Below, one piece after another: positions 36,010-44,027 of a stretch of DNA of 46,353 nt. The notes below the pieces were generated by a model. It worked only from the letters and a program-made list of their open reading frames with translations, did no database searches and was not told the DNA's origin. Position 1 is the first letter of the stretch, and every line of letters starts with the position of its first letter. Origin of the DNA: a virus (Duplodnaviria; Caudoviricetes); IMG/VR virus record IMGVR_UViG_3300032035_000006, positions 1 to 46,353 of that record; one strand, 5' to 3'. Made by a program: the position numbers and the translations under genes.

Positions 36010-37638
36010 ATGAGTACCCCAGGACCAGGGCAAGGTTCCTATGAGTCACGTCTCCAGCCGCCGGGCGGTATGGGAGTCACGACGCAGGGGTTCGGTTTAG
36101 GGTCAGGAAGGATATGTCCTGCCTGAGACGCAGGCTCTTCCGAAACCACCTCCTGAAGGAGAGAATTTTGCGGTAGGTGTCCCGTACTTCTTAGCGATTC
36201 CTACCATTTGCCACGCCCTACCGGGACTCCTTAATCCTGGGAAGTCTTCAGAGACGACCCGGTCTCCATCCGCCAGCTGGTCACCATGCGCAGGCGGGAC
36301 GGCCAGGCCAGGGCGCTGTTCCGGCTGCTGACCAAGCCGCTGCTGGCCAGCCTCAAGAACGCCGACGTGGTGCCGGTCGACGGCATGGTGGGCGGGGTGG
36401 ACGAGGCCAAGTTCTGCAAGGACCTGCTGTTCCTGCCCGCTAACGCCGGCGGCATGACGCATTCCTTCTCCCGGTTCGTCAAGCAGATGCTGCTGGCATT
36501 GTTCAACGGGTTCTCGGCCTGGGAAATGATCTACTGGATTCCTAAGACCGGGCCAAATAAGGGGAAAATCACCCTCCGGGAAATCGACTGGCGCCCGTCT
36601 GAGACCCTGACATTCCTGCTCGACGGCCAGGGGAAGTGGAACGGGTTCCGGCAGCGCACCTTCTTTCAGGGCCGGACCATTGATGTCAAGCTCCCCAGGG
36701 AAACTGCGCTCTATTACGCGCACGAGGAGGCCGAGCGCCCGTTCTACGGCGTGTCGATGTTCGAGTCGGCGTTCTACCACTACGACAAGAAGGAGAAGCT
36801 GTACTACATCGCCCACCTGGCGGCGCAGCGGGCCGCGGTGGGGCTCCGGATCGGCACCATGGTGCCCAACGCCCCGGCCGCGGACAAGGACCACTTCATC
36901 GCGGCGCTGAGCCAGCTGGGCCTGGCCCAGTACATCGCGGTGCCGTCGGCGGACTGGACCGTGCAGACCCTGAACGAGGCGGCGGCCCGGTTCGACTTCC
37001 TGGGCCTGATCAACCACCACAATTCGCAGATGTCCAAGTCGGTGCTCGCGCAGTGGTTCGACAACGAGCAGGGCGGCGGCCAGGGCGACAGCACGCTGGT
37101 GGATTTCGGCAAGCAGGACGACGTGACCTTCTTCCTGATGCTGGAGGGCATCCTGGAGGAGATGGCCGAGATGATCAACACGTATATCTTCCCGAGGTTC
37201 GTGGACTGGAATTTCGGCAGCGGGAAATACCCGGAGTTCAAGTGGGGCACGCTGACCAGCGAGCAGAAGGCGGCGGTGCAGGACACGTTCGATAAGATCG
37301 CCGCGGCGGGAATGCAGGCCAACGTCACGCCCGAGTTCATGCTGGACCTGGAGCAGAGAATGGCGGTCGACTTCGGGTTCGACATCGACTACGACAAGAT
37401 CAAGAAGGACCGGGAGCAGCAGGCCAAGCTCATGGCGCAGCAGGGCGCCATGGGCGGGCCGCCGATGCCCATGCCGCCGGGGGCGGGTCAGGGCCCGGCG
37501 GCTGGCGGGCCGGGGGCGGGGCCTCCCGCGCCGCCTCCGTTCCCGCCGCCGGGCATGGCGCCCCCGCCGCCGGGCGGGCCGGGCCTGGGCGGCGGCCCGG
37601 GACCGGGGCCGCCGCAGCTGCAGGGCCGGGGCTCGTGA
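36010..37638 (+). CDS. Portal protein (DUF935/Mu gp29-like); about 534 aa after three TTA-associated hops
   Basis: SD GGAGGTGA and ATG 36010; MLLALFNGFSAWEMIY, PFYGVSMFESAF, INHHNSQMSKSVL, IFPRFVDWNFG; first gene of the head module. Confidence 0.85.
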
Positions 37639-38462
37639 GCGCGGAGGAGGCGCTGGCCGCGCTGGCCGCGGACCTGGTCGAGGAGATCGCCGCCGGGCGC
37701 GCGGCCGAGCTGGCCGCCGCGGCGGCCCGGGAGAGCCCCAACCCGGCGCCCGCCCCGCTGCTCGGCCCGCCGTGGCGGGAGGCGCCGCCGCGCGCGGGAG
37801 CCTGGGCGGTGCACCCGCAGCTGGGCGGGCACCTGATCCGGCATCCGGGGGACACCATCTCCTTCCACGCCTACCGGCACCTGGTGGAGCCGCGCGAGCA
37901 GCTGCCGCAGGACGATTCGGGGGCACGTGGCGGAGTCGGAGCTGGGGGCGCGGGTAGCGCAGGCGGTGGCCGCCGCGCTGGGAAGCGCCGCCGGTTACCT
38001 GGAGCTGGTGACCCGGAACAACCCGCACGGCAGCGTGGCCCAGCTGCTGGCCCGGCCGGACGTCACCGCGGTGCTCACCGAGGCGCTGGACGAGGCCAGG
38101 GCGGACGCCGAGGAGCTGGTCCGGCAGGGCTGGTACTTGGGGGCGCCGGCGTCCGCCCTGGCCCCCGCCCAGCTGGAGCGGCTGCTGGCCGACGTCGGCC
38201 GCACCTTCGACGCGCTGCCGCACCTGCACGTCCGCATCCGCCGGGCGCATGCCTCGGTCGGGCAGCGGGCGTTCGTCCCGGGGGCGACCGAGCCGGGCGC
38301 CAGCCCGGCCATGGAGGCGGCGGCCGAGCGCGCCGCGGCGGTCCGCCAGGCGGTGCTCGACTGGGCCCGCTCCGCGGCGCTGAGGGCGCGCATGACGGTC
38401 TCGACGGCGGAGGGCTCCGCCAGGACGCTGGCCGCGCTGCAGGCCGCCCACGCGCTGCGTGA
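37635..38462 (+). CDS. Hypothetical protein (first ~95 codons protein-like; rest overlaps next gene)
   Basis: GTGA coupling to portal; GC3 bias lost after ~37920. Confidence 0.45.
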   Translation: MSAEEALAALAADLVEEIAAGRAAELAAAAARESPNPAPAPLLGPPWREAPPRAGAWAVHPQLGGHLIRHPGDTISFHAYRHLVEPREQLPQDDSGARGGVGAGGAGSAGGGRRAGKRRRLPGAGDPEQPARQRGPAAGPAGRHRGAHRGAGRGQGGRRGAGPAGLVLGGAGVRPGPRPAGAAAGRRRPHLRRAAAPARPHPPGACLGRAAGVRPGGDRAGRQPGHGGGGRARRGGPPGGARLGPLRGAEGAHDGLDGGGLRQDAGRAAGRPRAA

Positions 38463-38940
38463 GAGCGGCCAGGAGGTGCTCAAGCGGTGGGCGGCCCGCT
38501 CGGACGCGTCCTGCTGCTTCTGGTGTGACCGGCTGGACGGGGTGGCCATCCCGCTGCGGGCCAGCTTCGCCCCCTACCTGGGCGGCCCGGCCCGGATGCC
38601 GCAGGCCTCGCCCCGGTACGTGGTGTCCGGGGCCGGCGAGCGGAAATTCGGCCGGCGCGCTGGCAGCCGGATCATCTACACCCAGCCGCCCCGGCTGTAC
38701 CATGGTGACCTGCAAGGACCGCCCCTGCATCCTTTCTGCAGGTGCTGGCTGGAAATAGCGCGGAGGGGAGGCAGCCAGGGACGCCGCCGTCGGCCGGAGC
38801 ACCGGACGTCTGGCGTTTTCCTGAGCGCATCCGAGGTACGCGCGGTACCTGAGGACAGGTACCAGGCAGAACTAGCATTCCTGAGGGCCGCTATGCACGA
38901 GCTAAGCCTGGTGTTGAAGAGGCTGTCGGAGGGACTGTGA
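37927..38940 (+). CDS. MuF-like head morphogenesis protein
   Basis: KRWAAR..CCFWCDRLDG and GPPLHPFCRCWL. Confidence 0.78.
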   Translation: MAESELGARVAQAVAAALGSAAGYLELVTRNNPHGSVAQLLARPDVTAVLTEALDEARADAEELVRQGWYLGAPASALAPAQLERLLADVGRTFDALPHLHVRIRRAHASVGQRAFVPGATEPGASPAMEAAAERAAAVRQAVLDWARSAALRARMTVSTAEGSARTLAALQAAHALRESGQEVLKRWAARSDASCCFWCDRLDGVAIPLRASFAPYLGGPARMPQASPRYVVSGAGERKFGRRAGSRIIYTQPPRLYHGDLQGPPLHPFCRCWLEIARRGGSQGRRRRPEHRTSGVFLSASEVRAVPEDRYQAELAFLRAAMHELSLVLKRLSEGL

Positions 38941-38994
38941 CTACAGAGGGACGGGCGCCGCGGGAGCGGCGCCCCTTTGCTACCCGGAGGCGGC

Positions 38995-39252
38995 ATGGCT
39001 AGCCGCACCCGGCGCTGGTTCGCGGACAGCTCGGTCTCCTACGCGCTGGCCGCCATCGCGCTGATCGAGTACGCCCGCGACCACCGGGGCGAGCACTTCG
39101 AGTTCGGCCCGCTGGACGCTGAGTCCATGCGGGCCGGCGGGCTGACCGTGAGCGGGGAGGACCTGGACGGGGTGGCCGGGCTGCTGGCCGAGATCCCCGG
39201 GCTGACCGAGTACCGCAACGGGGCGGAGGAGGCGCCGGTCCCGATAGCCTGA
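38995..39252 (+). CDS. Hypothetical protein
   Basis: SD GGAGG, GC3 bias. Confidence 0.65.
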   Translation: MASRTRRWFADSSVSYALAAIALIEYARDHRGEHFEFGPLDAESMRAGGLTVSGEDLDGVAGLLAEIPGLTEYRNGAEEAPVPIA

Positions 39253-39254
39253 GC

Positions 39255-41081
39255 GTGTCCGGGTGGGTGGTCTGCGAGGAGGAAACGGACCTGGCCCTCG
39301 CGCAGGTCCGCGGGTACCGGCGTGTCGAGCGAGGAAGGCCCGAGTGGGTCAGGCCGTATGCCAGGCGCTGGTGGATACCCCACCCGGACTGGGTGAAGGG
39401 CCAGCAGCGGTGGGTCACCGCCGGCGAGGCCGGCTGGCGCCGGGAGGGTGCGGAGAACTGGGCGAAGGGCCAGCAGGCCGGGCGCGCGGCCGAGGCCGCC
39501 GAGGATGTCCGCGAGGGCGAGACCGACCTGCCGCGCTGGGCCCGGACGCCGGAGAACGGCGAGCCGCTGACCGCCGAGGAGCGCCCGGGCGCCGAGGGGG
39601 TGGTCGGCCAGGGCACCATGCACGAGCGGCCGGTGCACGGCTACGCGCGGCCCAACCCCGAGCGGCTGGCCCGGCCGCCGCGCAAGGGCGGCTACGCCCG
39701 GCCCGAGGACCATCCGTTCTTCAAGCAGCATGACTTCTCCGAGAAGAACATCGTCGCCGCCTACGACGCCACCACCGCCTCGCACCGGGGCCAGGGGATG
39801 CGCTGGTACCCGGACATGGCCCGGCTGGCCTGGGTGCTCGGCGGCGGGGACGCCGAGGCCGGCGCCAAGCAGCTGTCGGCCTACTCCCCGCAGGCCGGCT
39901 GGCCGCTGAACATGTTCAACGCGGCCCGCGCGCTGGCCGAGGGCCGCCCGCTGCAGAAGGGCGAGGGCATCTTCCTGCCCGCGCACACCTCGATGTCCAC
40001 CGCGGCGTTCGCCGGCAAGCACTACGACCAGGTGTTCAACGGGCCGAAGACCCACGCGTTCGCCCACCTGGGCGAGCAGGGCCTGGACCACCCCGGGGAC
40101 CCGATCGGCGCGGTGGTGGTCGACCGGCACGCGGTCAACGTGGCCGGCGGCGGCAACCTGACCGACGAGGAGGTGGGGTCCGCCCCGATCGGCAAGGAGC
40201 CGTTCTATTCCCACGTCGCCGACATGTACCGCAACGCGGCCCGGACCATCTCCGAGCGCGACGGCGAGGAAATCTCCCCGTCCGAGCTGCAGGCCATCAC
40301 CTGGCTGCGGCAGCAGGAGCTGAACGAGGCCCGGACGAGGGCCGCCGCCGCGGCCGGGGAGAAGAAGGCCAAGGGCGCGATGGGCCTGTACACCGCCATG
40401 AAGAACCACTGGGCCCGGTGGGAGCAGTACGCCCGCGAGCACGGCATCCGCACCGAGTTGGGCTCTACCGCGCTGGCCCCCAAGCCCATCACCGCGGCCG
40501 AGGCACGCGGCGACAGCAAGCCGGTGTCGGCCGCCGAGTTCTGGGACACCGCGACCCGGGGCCGTGACATGATCGGCTCGATGCTGTCTAACTCCAGCCC
40601 GCCGACCGGCCTGACCGACAACTGGGATGCGCTGGTCCAGCAGGCCTGGACGGCGGCGCAGGAGTCCTGGGGCGGCATGACCATCGACGCGCACACCGGG
40701 GTGCCGCTGTCCGGCAACGAGAACCTGTGGGCCGTCACCGGCAAGCTGCCGTTCGGCTACCGGACCATCGAGATCCCGGAGACGTCCACCGAGGCCCAGT
40801 TCAAGCGGGCGATGGACCGGGCGCTGAAGGAGTTCGGGCCGCTGCTCGCGGCGTCCGGCTACCACCTGGGCATCTTCCACGACGACGAGAAGGGCACCAT
40901 CGAGTTCGACCCGGTCATCATCGCGAGCAGCCTGGAGGACGCCAACGCCCTGGGCGCGTACACTGGGAATATCGGGGGCGCCTACAACTTCGCCGACGGT
41001 AACGGATATTTTCCACCACATATTCGAGAAGAACAGCCAGGTCCTGCACAGTCGTCTCCTAGCCCATCTCCTGGGGCGTAA
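39255..41081 (+). CDS. Putative virion-associated protein with HhH DNA-glycosylase-like domain
   Basis: VRGYRR..GRPEWVRPYAR; RWYPD, LSAYSPQAGWPLN, GPKTHAF, VVDRHA, LQAITW. Confidence 0.55.
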   Translation: MSGWVVCEEETDLALAQVRGYRRVERGRPEWVRPYARRWWIPHPDWVKGQQRWVTAGEAGWRREGAENWAKGQQAGRAAEAAEDVREGETDLPRWARTPENGEPLTAEERPGAEGVVGQGTMHERPVHGYARPNPERLARPPRKGGYARPEDHPFFKQHDFSEKNIVAAYDATTASHRGQGMRWYPDMARLAWVLGGGDAEAGAKQLSAYSPQAGWPLNMFNAARALAEGRPLQKGEGIFLPAHTSMSTAAFAGKHYDQVFNGPKTHAFAHLGEQGLDHPGDPIGAVVVDRHAVNVAGGGNLTDEEVGSAPIGKEPFYSHVADMYRNAARTISERDGEEISPSELQAITWLRQQELNEARTRAAAAAGEKKAKGAMGLYTAMKNHWARWEQYAREHGIRTELGSTALAPKPITAAEARGDSKPVSAAEFWDTATRGRDMIGSMLSNSSPPTGLTDNWDALVQQAWTAAQESWGGMTIDAHTGVPLSGNENLWAVTGKLPFGYRTIEIPETSTEAQFKRAMDRALKEFGPLLAASGYHLGIFHDDEKGTIEFDPVIIASSLEDANALGAYTGNIGGAYNFADGNGYFPPHIREEQPGPAQSSPSPSPGA

Positions 41082-41089
41082 TACCAGGT

Positions 41090-41569
41090 ATGCCACGTGT
41101 TAGTACTGAGGGACGCCAGGAATACGATCGAGTCCGGCAGGAACGCCGCCGGAACGACCCGGAGTACAAGAAGAGGCGCAACGCTCGGAGCCGTCAGCGC
41201 TATGCGGAGGAACCCGGGCGTCGTGAGGCCGTGCTGGCCTATCACAAGGCGTACAGGACTCAGGGTCCGGTCAACCTAAACACCAGGCGTATGCGGATTG
41301 CCCGGGGCATGCTTTGGACCCCGGAGCAGGAGGCTGAGCACCTGGCGAAGACTCACTGCGAGGTGTGCGGGAAGCTGCCCACCAAGCGCGGGCTGTTCGC
41401 TGATCACTGTCACGGGTGTCGTTGGTACCGTGGGGCACTCTGCCAGGGCTGCAACCATGCCGAAGGAATCATCGAGAAGTGGGGTGCGGCCTGTCCCGAG
41501 GGCTCGCCAATGAGGGTTTACATGGACCGGCACCGGTGCCTGGAGGCTGCCGCCATAAGCTATACTTGA
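41090..41569 (+). CDS. Endonuclease VII-like homing endonuclease
   Basis: HCEVCG..LFADHCH..RGALCQGCN..EG. Confidence 0.82.
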   Translation: MPRVSTEGRQEYDRVRQERRRNDPEYKKRRNARSRQRYAEEPGRREAVLAYHKAYRTQGPVNLNTRRMRIARGMLWTPEQEAEHLAKTHCEVCGKLPTKRGLFADHCHGCRWYRGALCQGCNHAEGIIEKWGAACPEGSPMRVYMDRHRCLEAAAISYT

Positions 41570-41587
41570 GTCAAGGAAGGAGGGGCC

Positions 41588-41992
41588 ATGGCAGACGGGA
41601 ACGCGCCGGGGCAGGCGCCCGGCAAGCCGGTGCCGTTCAAGGGCATCGGGCACTGGCACGCCCAGGCCCGGCAGGCGACCGAGCACGGCAACCCGTTCAT
41701 CGAGCTGCACGACGCGGCCCGGCTCCTCTCGGACGCCGGCCTGGCGCAGTCGGCGCAGCTCGTGCAGCAGGCGTTCGGCTTCCTGCGGGACAGCAACTTC
41801 GACGAGGCCGCCGAGGCGCTGCGGGCCGCGGCCCGGGCCGCGGACGCCAAGAGCCCGGCGTACGCGCAGGGCCTGCGGAACATCGCGGACGAGCTGCCCG
41901 AGTCCGACCTGGTCGGCCAGCAGCAGGCCAAGCCGCGCCGGCCGCGCCGGGGCGAGGACACCGAGAGCCTGCCCGCGCTCGACGGGGAGTAG
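41588..41992 (+). CDS. Hypothetical protein
   Basis: SD AAGGAGG, GC3 bias. Confidence 0.75.
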   Translation: MADGNAPGQAPGKPVPFKGIGHWHAQARQATEHGNPFIELHDAARLLSDAGLAQSAQLVQQAFGFLRDSNFDEAAEALRAAARAADAKSPAYAQGLRNIADELPESDLVGQQQAKPRRPRRGEDTESLPALDGE

Positions 41993-42084
41993 GCTGGCGC
42001 CAGCCACTGCAGGACCTGGGCCTGCTTTAACGGGAGGGGCGGCGCATGCCGCCCCTCCCGCATGCCGAATCCGATTACCAGGTC

Positions 42085-43203
42085 ATGGGCGATGACCTGC
42101 GTTACATCATCCCGGCCCCGGCCGACGAGCCGTACCAGCCGGTCCCGGAAGTCCCGGTCGAGCTGGCCCGCAGCCGCAAGGTGCAGGGCCGCCTGTTCGA
42201 GAAGCACATCCTCAACCTCGGGACGCTGATCCACCCCAAGACCGGGGCGAAGATCGTGATCGACGACGCCTTCGTGACGTCCATGGTCGACAACTTCGCC
42301 AGGGGCGTGGCGGACATCGTCCAGGTGCCGCTGGCCAACGACAAGAACGAGCACGTCGAGAGCCCGGCCGCCAACCTGGGCGAGGTCGTGGCCATCCGGG
42401 AGCGGGCCGGCAAGGTCTACGCGCTCATCGACGCCCGCCGGGACGCCGACCAGTTCGGCAAGACCTACCTGGGCGCCAGCGCCTTCCTGTCCACCAACTA
42501 CACCGACAGCTCCACCGGCCAGAAGGTCGGCCCGGCGCTGCTGCACGTGGCGGTCACCAACCGGCCCTACGTCACCGGCCTGGAGGACTACAAGGAAGTC
42601 CTGGCGGCCTCGGACGATAACACAGCCGAGGTAGTCGTACTCACCGCAGCCCCGGAGGAGCCCGTGCCACAGACCAAGGATGAGCTGCTCGCCGCTCTGA
42701 AGGACGGGCACGGAATCGACGTTGAGGCGCTGCTGGCCGCCCAGGCCGCTCCGCCGGGTGCCCCGGACACGGCTGCGCTGTCCGCCGCGGTGGTGCAGGC
42801 GCTGCAGGCCTCCGGGGCGGTGCAGCTGGCCGCGCCGCCCGAGAAGGTCTCCCAGGACGACGTGGTGGCCGCGGTGCTGGAGCTGGCCGCCTCGAACAAG
42901 AAGCAGGCCGGCGACATCGCCGCGCTGCGGCAGTCTGCGGCCGAGGCCGAGGTGGACGGCTGGATCGCCGCGGGCCGGGTGCTGCCCAAGCAGCGGGCCG
43001 CCTACGTGACGCTGGCGCTGACCGACCGGGACATGCTCCTCACGCTGCTGCCGGACGAGCCGGTGGTCAAGCTCAACAACCAGGAGGGCCTGTCCGGCCC
43101 GGACGGGGCGCAGCAGCAGGAGCAGGACATCGACGCGGAGGTGGCGCGGCTCACCGCCGTGCACAGCCAGTTCTTCTCGCCGAACGGCACGAAGGGGAGG
43201 TGA
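42085..43203 (+). CDS. Prohead protease/scaffold (Mu gpI-like)
   Basis: YLGASAFL..GPALLHVAVTNRPYVTGL then helical scaffold; upstream of decoration and capsid genes. Confidence 0.8.
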   Translation: MGDDLRYIIPAPADEPYQPVPEVPVELARSRKVQGRLFEKHILNLGTLIHPKTGAKIVIDDAFVTSMVDNFARGVADIVQVPLANDKNEHVESPAANLGEVVAIRERAGKVYALIDARRDADQFGKTYLGASAFLSTNYTDSSTGQKVGPALLHVAVTNRPYVTGLEDYKEVLAASDDNTAEVVVLTAAPEEPVPQTKDELLAALKDGHGIDVEALLAAQAAPPGAPDTAALSAAVVQALQASGAVQLAAPPEKVSQDDVVAAVLELAASNKKQAGDIAALRQSAAEAEVDGWIAAGRVLPKQRAAYVTLALTDRDMLLTLLPDEPVVKLNNQEGLSGPDGAQQQEQDIDAEVARLTAVHSQFFSPNGTKGR

Positions 43204-43208
43204 GGTAG

Positions 43209-43877
43209 ATGCCAGCCAACGACAGCGTTGAATTCGACTACCCGGCCAACTACCAGAAGCCGACCCACGAGTACGGCCAGCCCTGGGGCGATGAGTTCCA
43301 CGCCGAGGCGGTCGCGGAGCTGCTCCTGTCCATGGCCGGGTACACCCAGCGCGGTGTCACCCTGGCCGCTGGCCAGGGCATCCTGCCCACCGGCTGCGTG
43401 ATCGCCCGGCACACCGCCAGCGGCAAGTACTTCGTCTACCAGGCCGCCGCCACCGACGGCCGGGGCGTGGCCATGGGCGTGCTGCGCGATGCCCGCGACA
43501 CGGGCGGCCCGGGCGCCGCCTCGGTGGCCGCGTACAACGCGAACACCAACGGGGTCAACCCGGACGGCATCACCCTGGCCGGCGGCACCATCACCTACCC
43601 GTCCAGCCCGGCCGGCAAGGTGGCCGGGGACTCCCTGGGCAACCTGGTGATCCGCGGCATCCTGAACGGCAACGTGGTGTCCGGCACCGAGACCACCAAC
43701 GTGGTCAACGGGGCGGGCGTGGGCTCGGGCACGGGCCAGATCCTGGCCCAGCTGGGCGCCCGGTACGTGTCCTACGGCGGCTCGGTCGCCGCGCAGGGCC
43801 CGGCGCCGTTCCCCGGCAGCCCGATGGACGGCAACCCGGTGGCCGGCCAGGTCGGGGTTAATGCTTTCATCTTCTAG
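43209..43877 (+). CDS. Head decoration protein
   Basis: GVTLAAGQGILPTGCVIA..SGKY..DGRGVAMGVL; synteny. Confidence 0.75.
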   Translation: MPANDSVEFDYPANYQKPTHEYGQPWGDEFHAEAVAELLLSMAGYTQRGVTLAAGQGILPTGCVIARHTASGKYFVYQAAATDGRGVAMGVLRDARDTGGPGAASVAAYNANTNGVNPDGITLAGGTITYPSSPAGKVAGDSLGNLVIRGILNGNVVSGTETTNVVNGAGVGSGTGQILAQLGARYVSYGGSVAAQGPAPFPGSPMDGNPVAGQVGVNAFIF

Positions 43878-43886
43878 TCGCAGCTC

Positions 43887-43923
43887 AGAGGCCCTTTTTC
43901 GAACAAACCGAAGAAGGGTCTCT
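43887..43923. terminator. Hairpin after decoration gene
   Basis: AGAGGCCCTTTTTCG/CGAAGAAGGGTCTCT inverted repeat. Confidence 0.5.
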
Positions 43924-44027
43924 CAACGGGGACGAGTTCCTGGCCCTGCTTCAGGCCGCCTGAGCGCGTTCACTTCCCGGTAACCCGGAGGGCTGCCCGG
44001 CGGCCCGGCGCGCCCGATAGCGGGGGC

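Noticed and set aside
36090-36240. Portal frameshifts as sequencing errors or a pseudogene
   Set aside because: Three sites share TTA plus duplicated-codon geometry, are not in homopolymers, and sum to 24 nt in an essential gene
36286-37638. Portal start at ATG 36286 as in the ORF track
   Set aside because: No SD there, and the frame is open upstream to the third hop site; a strong SD precedes ATG 36010
32759-38802. Long antisense ORFs (e.g. upper part of 32015-34570, 36103-38802, and similar ones across the window)
   Set aside because: Shadow frames of high-GC genes with Arg/Gly/Pro-rich translations and no motifs
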